This document shows positions 1 through 7,600 of a DNA stretch of 21,678 nucleotides, one piece after another. Made by a program: the position numbers and the translations under genes. The DNA comes from Deltaproteobacteria bacterium. GTDB taxonomy: Bacteria > Myxococcota_A > Polyangia > JAAYKL01. Positions within the stretch are counted from its first letter, which is position 1. Each line of letters begins with the position of its first letter. Below the pieces are notes generated by a model that saw nothing but the letters and a program-made list of their open reading frames with translations, had not been told where the DNA came from and did not search any database. The stretch is from positions 1 to 21,678 of the forward strand of contig JAABTR010000095.1 of assembly GCA_011389755.1 (NCBI GenBank), in the 5' to 3' direction.

Positions 1-1376
1 CTGTCGAATGTAGCCAGGAAATCCTGATCGAAAACAAAATTGCCTAGGCTGTAGACGATGAGCCGCTCCTTGTACCACTCCATGCCTTGAAGCACGTGGG
101 GATGATGAGCGATAACGAGGTGTGCGCCGGCGTCAATCGCCGCGCGCGCCGCTTTTCGGATGGTGTTCGAAGGACTCGGTTGGAATTGAAAGCCGCAGTG
201 TAGCTGCGCGATCATGATGTCGACTTGAGAAGCGAGCTTTTCGATTGCCTCGACCGAATCGGTGGTGCTCCACTGGGCAGCGCCTCCATGCCCGCGCCGA
301 GCAATCCAGTCTTGCATTTCGGGATAGACCGAATCAATCGACGACCAGGCATCAGCCCGGGTTTGCTGAGACAAACTCGGCTCGATCTCTTTGTACAGAG
401 CCCACACTTCTGCGATGCGTCGCGCCTCGAGGTCAACCGACCATTCCTTGCCGTCGAACCCCCACAGACGCTCCTCGTAGAGCCAGAGATCTTTATCGGG
501 GACGTTATCGGGGATTTCCTTGTCAGCACGCGGGTAATTGTCATTGACGAATGATCCTGTGACCGTAGTGTAAGCAATAGTTCCCACTTTGTAGGGTCCG
601 ACCTGGACAACCGTTCCGAGTTCGGCTTGTTTCTCGGTCAACCCCGCTCCCACAAAAGGTAATCGATTTTTCTCAAGAGCTTCGATGGTGTCTTGGATCC
701 CATCATCGAGCCAGTCGCGGGCGTGATTATTGGCGAGAACAGCCAGGTCGACTCCGAGAGCGTGGAGCCCTTGGAGGCTGTCGGGGTGCGACCGTAGCAA
801 AAAGCGCTTTCCCGGGTAGGCGCTGGAGTACGATTTTTTGGTAACGACGGTTTCCAAATTAACCGAGCAAAAATCGGCACAAGAAAAAGCGCGCCTCAAA
901 TATTCGACAACACTCCGTGCGCCAGATCCTTCCTCTCCGGACGGTAGGAGGGGCTCTCCATCTGTTGGCTCATTGTAACGGCGGCCGAACATGACATCTC
1001 CTCCAAAATGAAGAACGACTCGGTCGCCCCCGACATCTGACAGCATCACGACCCGAACATCGCTTCTGGAATCTTCCCATCCTACGGGAACCGGCTCGCT
1101 GAGATAGCCCTTCGCACGGGCGATGACCATCTCGGGTCCTGTGAGATTCCGAAGACGAGCGCGTCCTTTAGAGTTGGTGACCTCCTGATTGTGTCTGGTC
1201 TCCAGACTCACTCCCTTCAGTGCTTCCCCCTCCTCGTTCACCAGCACGAGCGAGACGTCAAATGTATCTCTGAGGCGCTCTGCCTCGCACGACGATGCGT
1301 AGGCTGGCGAGATGAGCGCTGTCGTGGCTAGGATCAGTTTTGAAAATTTCGTTATACGTTGTAGTAGATCTTCCAA
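1..1376 (-). CDS. CapA/PGA_cap-family (poly-gamma-glutamate-synthesis-like, metallophosphatase fold) putative lipoprotein; the C-terminus runs off the left edge
   Basis: Absent from the ORF track because it is open at the window edge. My minus-strand translation (codon low ends at 3,6,9...) is continuous from TTG 1376..1374: (M)EDLLQRITKFSKLILATTALISPAYASSCEAERL...DRVVLHFGGDVMFGRRYNEP...HALGVDLAVLANNHARDWLDDG...AIDAGAHLVIAHHPHVLQGMEWYKERLIVYSLGNFVFDQDFLATFD. These are the hallmark blocks of the PGA_cap/CapA family. An in-frame TAA at 1466..1464 bounds the start. No ATG or GTG lies between it and TTG 1376, and a purine-rich GAGAGTGAG sits just upstream. The N-terminus looks like a signal peptide ending in ASSC (lipobox-like). 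Confidence 0.8.
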   Translation of the reverse strand, partial: MEDLLQRITKFSKLILATTALISPAYASSCEAERLRDTFDVSLVLVNEEGEALKGVSLETRHNQEVTNSKGRARLRNLTGPEMVIARAKGYLSEPVPVGWEDSRSDVRVVMLSDVGGDRVVLHFGGDVMFGRRYNEPTDGEPLLPSGEEGSGARSVVEYLRRAFSCADFCSVNLETVVTKKSYSSAYPGKRFLLRSHPDSLQGLHALGVDLAVLANNHARDWLDDGIQDTIEALEKNRLPFVGAGLTEKQAELGTVVQVGPYKVGTIAYTTVTGSFVNDNYPRADKEIPDNVPDKDLWLYEERLWGFDGKEWSVDLEARRIAEVWALYKEIEPSLSQQTRADAWSSIDSVYPEMQDWIARRGHGGAAQWSTTDSVEAIEKLASQVDIMIAQLHCGFQFQPSPSNTIRKAARAAIDAGAHLVIAHHPHVLQGMEWYKERLIVYSLGNFVFDQDFLATFD

Positions 1377-1491
1377 TTGCTCACTCTCGCAGTTGGTGAA
1401 GGTCGCCCACTCGAGATGTTCGCTTCGGGGCTCAACCTTATTAACGACCGTTTTCCGAGACGTTTAAGGCTATATCGAGCCGGGGCGGGCG

Positions 1492-1546
1492 CCCCCTTTC
1501 AAGGTCCCCCTTTCAAGGTCCCCCTTTCAAGGTCCCCTTTCAAGGT
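1492..1546. repeat. Tandem direct repeat array A: 4 x CCCCCTTTCAAGGT (units 14,14,14,13 bp)
   Basis: Read directly: units at 1492-1505, 1506-1519, 1520-1533 and 1534-1546 (the last has 4 C). The core CTTTCAA is the reverse complement of the array B core. Confidence 0.95.
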
Positions 1547-1554
1547 CTCTGAGC

Positions 1555-1637
1555 GGTTGAAAGCGGCGGTTGAAAGCGGCGGTTGAAAGCGGCGGTTGAA
1601 AGCGGCGGTTGAAAGCGGGGTTGAAAGCGGTTGAAAC
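1555..1637. repeat. Tandem direct repeat array B: 7 x GGTTGAAAGCGGC with decaying unit length (13,13,13,13,12,10,9 bp)
   Basis: Read directly: units start at 1555, 1568, 1581, 1594, 1607, 1619 and 1629. The last unit is GGTTGAAAC. The array ends 8 bp from the stop codon (1648..1646) of the upstream minus-strand gene. Confidence 0.95.
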
Positions 1638-1645
1638 AGGCGGAG

Positions 1646-2692
1646 TCAGTTTTGGCGCTGGTCCCGCTCGGCTCGCATCTCATCCACTTGGCGCTTGTAG
1701 TCGGTGCGACGGGTGAGGAAGATCACCGCGCCGACGACGTTCAAGGAAATCGAGACGAAGTAGACCATCGACGCCGAGAGGATCATCGCTGCGCGGGACG
1801 AGGCGGTTGCGCCCTCCACTGCCCCGAGGATCTCCAAAAGTCCCATGAACGCGCCTTCGCGCAGGCCGATGCCGGCGATGGAAAGGGGGATCATCGTGGC
1901 GATCTGGGTCATGGGGCCGACCTTGAGCACCTGCTCCAGGGCCAGACCGGCGCCCAAGGCCAAGCTGTTGGCGTAGTAGGTCAGGAACCAAAACAGGTAA
2001 ACCATCAGCCCAAGTCCGATGGCGGCCACCAGGTGCCCCTTGCGCCGGCTGTAGGTGGTGAAGGCGTCTACCAGGCGCCCGAGCGGCTTTTCGAGCCGCG
2101 CCTTCAGCGGGAAGCGGAGCTTGAGCAGCGAGCGCAAGAGCCCCGGGCTGAAGAGCAGCACCAGAGCGACTACCAGCAAAAAGGCGAAGAAGGCGCCAAA
2201 AACGTACAGAAACTTTGCGTCGAGCGCATTGATGAAAAACGGTAGGGAGATCAGCACCAGAAGACCCAGCGAGAAAAAGGTGCCGATGAGCTTTTCGATG
2301 AGCACCACCGAGATCGAGGCCTCGGCCCGGCCAGTGTAGCGCGCAATGTCGTAGGCCTTGTAGGCTTCGAGGCCGACGCCGGTGGGCGTGAAGGTTCCCA
2401 AGAATCTTCCCACCAGGAAGGTCTTGACCGCATGGCCTAAGGGCACGTTGAGACTTTGGCCGGCCAGCAGCACCCTCCAGCGCAGGATCGAGAAGGTGAT
2501 GGCTCCGGCCTGGGCCGCGAGGGCGGCGAGAAACCAGGATGGCTGGTGCTGAAGCGAGGCGATGATGTCGTCGAAGTCGACCTGGAATCGTTTGAAAATC
2601 AGGTAGAGGATGAGCACGGTCACCCCGACTTTCAGAGCGTTGATAAGTAGTTTCTTTTTCAATGGAATCTCCTCTCGAAGAGTTTCGGACAC
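1646..2692 (-). CDS. Flippase-like / lysylphosphatidylglycerol-synthase-TM-region (UPF0104) family integral membrane protein
   Basis: Track ORF of 348 aa. It is a multi-pass membrane protein with an N-terminal KKKLLINALKVGVTVLILYLIFKRF, then FSILRWRVLL, GRFLGTFTPTGVGLEAYKAY and IPLSIAGIGLREGAF blocks typical of the LPG_synthase_TM family. The track start is GTG 2692 with no SD. An internal TTG at 2662 is preceded by GAGAGGAGA (2676..2668, 5-nt spacer) and may be the real start (338 aa). Confidence 0.8.
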   Translation of the reverse strand: MSETLREEIPLKKKLLINALKVGVTVLILYLIFKRFQVDFDDIIASLQHQPSWFLAALAAQAGAITFSILRWRVLLAGQSLNVPLGHAVKTFLVGRFLGTFTPTGVGLEAYKAYDIARYTGRAEASISVVLIEKLIGTFFSLGLLVLISLPFFINALDAKFLYVFGAFFAFLLVVALVLLFSPGLLRSLLKLRFPLKARLEKPLGRLVDAFTTYSRRKGHLVAAIGLGLMVYLFWFLTYYANSLALGAGLALEQVLKVGPMTQIATMIPLSIAGIGLREGAFMGLLEILGAVEGATASSRAAMILSASMVYFVSISLNVVGAVIFLTRRTDYKRQVDEMRAERDQRQN

Positions 2693-2759
2693 GGTGAAGG
2701 GGCGGATGCCGCCTCTCCATGATACAAGGTTGGCCCGTGGCCGGCTCTCTTGTTCGTTT

Positions 2760-4286
2760 TCATTTGGCGGAGTCGTAGTAAAGCCCGGAGTCGGGACCGA
2801 GCGGGATGCCCAACAGAACCCACGCGACGAGCAGCAGCGACCAACCGACGAGAAAGACCAACGAGTAGGGTAACATGGTCGAGATCAGCGTGCCGATGCC
2901 CGCTTTTTCGTCGTATTTTTCGTAATAGACGATAATCAGGGCGAAAAAGCTCATCATTGGGGAGATCACGTTGGTGACGCTGTCCCCGATCCTGAATAAT
3001 GCCTGTGAAAGCTCCGGAGAATAGCCCAACAACATGAAGATTGGGATGAACACCGGGCCCAGGATGGCCCACTTCGCAGAAGCGCTGCCCATGAAAAGGT
3101 TTATGAACCCTGAGATCAAGATGAATGTCAAGAGCAAGGGGATGGCCCCCATGTCCATTTGCTGCAGCAGGCCCGCGCCATTCACCGCGAGCAGTAGCCC
3201 CAAGTTGCTCCACTTGAACCAAGCGACGAACTGGGCAGCGAAAAAGACGAGGACCAAGAATGCGGCCAGGGTCTTGAAACTCGTGATCATCCCTTTTACG
3301 ACATCGGCGCTGGTTTTGAAGGCCCCGGTGGTAAAACCGTAGACGATCCCCATAGTCGCCGCCACGAAGAACAGGACGGCGATGAAGCCCTCGAGAAGAG
3401 GGGAGTGCAAGACGGTGTCGTCATCTCCACGAAAAAAGCCCTCTTCGGGGATGAGCCCCCACGCGAACAGGGCGATCCAGCCGAGCAAGAGGACTGTCAC
3501 CCTTGTGAGGCCTTTTCGCTCCTCGGGGCCGATCTCACCGAGCGCTTCGGGTTTCACGGGCCCTCGATAAGGGCCGAGCCTGGGCTCGATGATTGCGGTC
3601 GTGACCCAGGTCCCCGCCAGCGAGATCACAATCGTCGACACCGCCATGAAGTAGTAGTTGGCCGTGGGCAATACGTTGTATTCGGGGTCGATGATGTGCG
3701 CTGCCTCGGTGGACAGTCCAGCGAGCAGCGGATCGATCGTCCCGATGAAGAGATTGGCGCTGAAACCTCCGCTGACGCCTGAAAATGCCGCCGACATGCC
3801 GGCGATGGGATGGCGCCCGACAGAATGAAAGACGATGCCAGCCAGGGGGATGATCAGCACGTAGCCAAGATCGGATGCCACGTTGGAGAGAATACCGGCC
3901 ATGACGACGACGAAGGTCAACATCCGCCGGGGTGCTTTTAAAACCAGCAGGCGTACGGCCGCGTTGATCAAGCCGCTGCTCTCGGCGATGCCGATTCCGA
4001 GGAGGGCGACCATGACGATCCCCAGCGGAGCGAAGCCGGTGTAGTTGTCGACCATCTCCAAGAGGATGCGGTGGATCCCCTCTTTCGACATCAGGTTGGT
4101 CGCCTCGACGACTTCGCCGGTGGCCGGATGCTCGGCCCTCCAGCCCAAAGCCGCGCCGAGCCAGGACAAGAGCAACACAAATAGCGCGAAGATCCCGAAC
4201 AGACACGCGGGATGAGGCAGCGCGTTGCCACCCTTTTCGATGAGGCCCAAAAATACTGAGTCGTTTTTCTTTCGCTGAGCGCTCAT
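2760..4286 (-). CDS. abgT: AbgT-family (p-aminobenzoyl-glutamate / AbgT-MtrF) transporter
   Basis: The track ORF 2760..4391 aligns by eye with E. coli AbgT along its length: LIEKGGNALPHP, FAPLGIVMVALLGIGIAESSGL, GRHPIAGMSAAFSGVSGGFSANL, LLAGLSTEAA and IIEPRLG. Family homology begins at the internal Met (ATG 4286..4284, MSAQRKKNDSVFLGLIEKGGN). The 35 codons upstream of it (to 4391) look non-coding, so I take 4286 as the start. Confidence 0.9.
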   Translation of the reverse strand: MSAQRKKNDSVFLGLIEKGGNALPHPACLFGIFALFVLLLSWLGAALGWRAEHPATGEVVEATNLMSKEGIHRILLEMVDNYTGFAPLGIVMVALLGIGIAESSGLINAAVRLLVLKAPRRMLTFVVVMAGILSNVASDLGYVLIIPLAGIVFHSVGRHPIAGMSAAFSGVSGGFSANLFIGTIDPLLAGLSTEAAHIIDPEYNVLPTANYYFMAVSTIVISLAGTWVTTAIIEPRLGPYRGPVKPEALGEIGPEERKGLTRVTVLLLGWIALFAWGLIPEEGFFRGDDDTVLHSPLLEGFIAVLFFVAATMGIVYGFTTGAFKTSADVVKGMITSFKTLAAFLVLVFFAAQFVAWFKWSNLGLLLAVNGAGLLQQMDMGAIPLLLTFILISGFINLFMGSASAKWAILGPVFIPIFMLLGYSPELSQALFRIGDSVTNVISPMMSFFALIIVYYEKYDEKAGIGTLISTMLPYSLVFLVGWSLLLVAWVLLGIPLGPDSGLYYDSAK

Positions 4287-4571
4287 CGTAACAGTTTCCA
4301 AAAAAGAAAAGAGCTTACTGAATGCATGATCATTGATCAATATCCGGCGAAGAGAGAAAGAGGCGATATACGGGTGAGTCTCGCGGTCCATTCTGGGTAT
4401 AAAAAGACCCAGGTGTGAATAGTAAGTAAGTCAAAAATGACCCGTTAGGGTTTCTCCCAATTCTAAAAAAGCCCACAAATTCAGGGGATTTTAGCGCGCG
4501 GTCGCTGGTCCGTTTTTTGCCGATGTACTTCATGTTCTGACGATAATCGGAGACCGATGAAGGAGAACGAT

Positions 4572-4640
4572 ATGGAAACGGCACGGCGCGTCGTCTTTTT
4601 GGGAGCTCTGCTCGGCGTGTTCGCTTCGAGCGCGGGCTGT
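4572..4640 (+). other. Predicted lipoprotein signal peptide of the giant protein (METARRVVFLGALLGVFASSAGC)
   Basis: A basic n-region (RR), a hydrophobic core and a lipobox-like S-A-G-C, with the Cys codon TGT at 4638-4640. Prediction by eye only. Confidence 0.6.
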
Positions 4641-7600
4641 GGTGATGAGGGCGGGTCGGCCAAGCCCGAGAAAGAGCCGGATGAGTCGACGAGCTGGCCT
4701 CTGGGGCCGGACGGGACGCTGGTGAGCTCCGCGGGGGCCGAGTACCTGGCCCACGAGGTCATCGTGCGGCCGGCCCAGGGCGCTTCGGTCGAAGACCTCG
4801 AAGCGGTGATTGAGGGGTTCGGCGCTCGTGTGCTCGACCAAGACACGCCCTTGGCTCGGCGCTTGGGCTACCTCAAGGTCAGCCTGCCCCAGAATGTCAT
4901 AGCGGATGAGGCCATCTCGTTTTTGTCCCAGCAGGGCATCGCCGAAAAAGCCGAGCGCAACTACGTGGTTGTGCTCGACGCCGAGCCGAACGACCCCTCG
5001 TTCGCGGAGCTGTGGGGCATGGCGAAGATATCGGCGCCGGCGGCCTGGGATCTGGCGACGGGCTCGAGAGATATCGTCGTCGCGGTGAGCGACACCGGGG
5101 TCGATTACACCCACGGCGATCTCGCGGCGAACATGTGGGTCAACGAAGGCGAAATCGCGGGCAACGGCGTGGACGACGACGGCAACGGCTACGTGGACGA
5201 CGCCCGGGGCTGGGACTTCGCCAGCGGAGACAACGACCCCCGGGACGACCACGGCCACGGGACCCACTGCTCGGGGACCATCGGCGGCGTGGGGGACAAC
5301 GGGATCGGGGTCGCCGGCGTCAACTGGCGGGTGCGCATCATGCCGGTGAAGTTTCTCACCTCGTCGGGGTCGGGCAGCCTCTGGAACGGCGCTCAGACGA
5401 TCATCTACGCGGCCGAGGCCGGAGCCGAGGTGGTGAGCGCCAGCTGGGGCTGCGCGGGTTGTTACGCGTCCTACGTCGAGGAGGCCATCGAAACCCTCCA
5501 TCAAGCGGGCGGGATCTTCGTGGCCGCCGCCGGGAACTCCTCGGTGGACGTCGACGCGACCCCTTACTACCCCGCAGCCTACCAGAACGACAACGTGGTG
5601 GCGGTCGCCGCGTCAACGCCGCAGGACACCCTGGCGTATTTTTCCAACTACGGAGCCCAGAAGGTCCACCTCGCGGCCCCCGGGACGAGCATCTTGAGCA
5701 CCTTGCCCAAAGACGGCTACGCGTCTTGGCAGGGCACGTCCATGGCGGCTCCCCATGTCGCCGGGGCCGCCGCGCTCTACCTCTCGCTCAAGGGCGAGAC
5801 CTCCCCTTCAGCTCTCAAGAACAAGCTGATGCTCACCACCGATCCGGTGCCGGCGCTCGACGGCGTCGTTGCTTCGGGAGGGCGACTCAACGTCAACACG
5901 CTCTTGCGTTCGGACGATGTGGCGCCGGACGCGCCCACGGACGTCCGCGCCACGGCCGGCACGCGAAGCGACGTGACCGTCAGCTGGACGGCTTCGCCCG
6001 GGGACGACGTGGTGAGCTACCGGGTGGCGTGGAGAAGCGGCCCGGGCGAGTATATGGACTCGAAGCTTGTGCCCCGGGACGCCACGAGCGCCCGCATCGG
6101 CGAGCTCGAAAACGGGGCGGCCCATTTCTTCGCCGTGCGCGCCTTGGACGCATCGGGCAACTGGAGCCCTTACTCGGACGAGGCCGTGGCAGTTCCTAAC
6201 GATGCCTCGGCGCCGCCCCAGGTGATCGATCTCAAAGCGTCCACCGCTTCGGGTTTGCCGGTCTCGGGACACGTGAGCTCGGCTTCCGGCGAGGCGTCAG
6301 ATGAGTACGCCGCCGCGCAGGCGATGGACGGCACTGTGGCCACGTCGTGGATTTCCCCGGCCCGAAGCGAGCCCACCGAGGAGTTCCTCCACATCGCTTT
6401 CGACGAGGGCGCAACCATCGATCGCGTCGTCTTGGTGGCGTCGCCGACCCACCCCCAGTTCTTTCCGGTGGATTTCGACATCGAGGTCTCCGAAGACGGC
6501 GGCGATTGGCGAGCCGTGGCCGGAAGGCGCGGCGTGGCGCTCGGCGCGGCCGAAGAGCTCGACTTGAGGTTCCCCGCGACCCCGGCCGCCAGGCTGCGGC
6601 TCAAGGTGCTGCGAGGGTTTGCGCATCCGTCGGGGTTTTACTACTCAGGCCTCGCTGAGATCGAGATCTTTCAGGTCTCGACGCGGCCGGACATGGTGGA
6701 GCTGCGCTTTACGGCGCCTGGCGATGACACCGGCGGCGGCCGCGCTCAGAGCTATGATATCCGCTACGCGAAAGCGCCCTTCGATGACTCCGGATTCGAC
6801 TCCGCGGTCTCGGCTCCGGCGCCGGCTCCTTCCGAGGCGGGGATCATGGAGCTGGTGCAGGTTGAGGGGCTCGAGGGTAACACCGTCTACTATTTCGCCC
6901 TAAAAGCGGTCGACGAAGCCGGGAACGTCTCGGCGATGTCGAACGTGGCCAGCACCTCCACCTTGGTGAAGCCGCCGGCCCCCATCGAGGATCTGTCGGT
7001 TCAGGAAAAAACGAGTGCCTCGGTGACGCTTTCGTGGACGGCCACCGGCGCGTCCGGGCATCAGGGCACCGCCGCGAGCTACGAGCTGCGCCATTCTCCT
7101 TTCCCCATCTCCGAGTCGACGTTCCTGGACGCCGCGGCCGTAGCCGGTGTTTTGGCGCCGGCGGCCGCGGGCACGGCCGAGACGTTTACGGTCACTGGGC
7201 TCGAGTCCGAAAAGCGCTACTACTTCGCCATTCGCGCCGTGGACGCGGTGGGGACCCCCGGCGGGATCTCCAACGTGGTGTCGGCGCGGACCACCGACGG
7301 CGTGGACGTGATCCCGCCGGCGCGCATCGGCGATCTTTTCGCCTTTGCTTTCTTTGAGGAAAACCTCGCCGCCGGCGTGGACGTCGAAGTGTCCAGCACG
7401 ATCAACGACTACTACAAAGGGGAAAACCTCATCGATGGAAACTCAAGCACCTATTGGATGAGCAGCTACGGAGAGCAGCTCGATCCCGAATGGGTCGTGG
7501 TCGACTACGGCCGGGTCATGCCGTTTAGCCGGTTCCGTTTTCTCCCGAGCTCGATAGGCACCTACTTGAGTTACGCCGCACGGGACTTCGACATCGAGCT

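Noticed and set aside
1377-1586. 69-aa ORF reading through the tandem repeats (…PFQGPPFKVPLSRSPFKV…)
   Set aside because: Its apparent periodic peptide is a by-product of translating the 14-bp repeat array. It starts at a TTG that overlaps the capA-like start on the other strand and has no SD.
1492-1637. Possibility that the repeat arrays are a CRISPR array
   Set aside because: The units are 13-14 bp and directly abut one another with no unique spacers. No cas genes or leader are present.
1631-2720. ORFs 1680-2720 (-, 346 aa) and 1631-2245 (+, 204 aa)
   Set aside because: These are alternative frames of the flippase-like membrane protein gene. Their products are Arg/Pro/Gly-rich with no hydrophobic helices or motifs.
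2700-2740. Hairpin GGCGG-ATG-CCGCC (2714-2726) between abgT and the flippase-like gene as an intrinsic terminator
   Set aside because: The stem is only 5 bp (plus a few interrupted outer pairs) and no U-tract follows on the minus-strand transcript. The 67-bp gap is more consistent with co-transcription.
4287-4391. N-terminal 35-codon extension of the abgT ORF and the ATG 4557 start of the giant ORF
   Set aside because: The abgT extension (MDRETHPYIASFSLRRILINDHAFSKLFSFLETVT) precedes the point where family homology begins and lies in AT-rich intergenic-looking DNA. For the giant gene, the strong AAGGAG SD is positioned for ATG 4572, not 4557.
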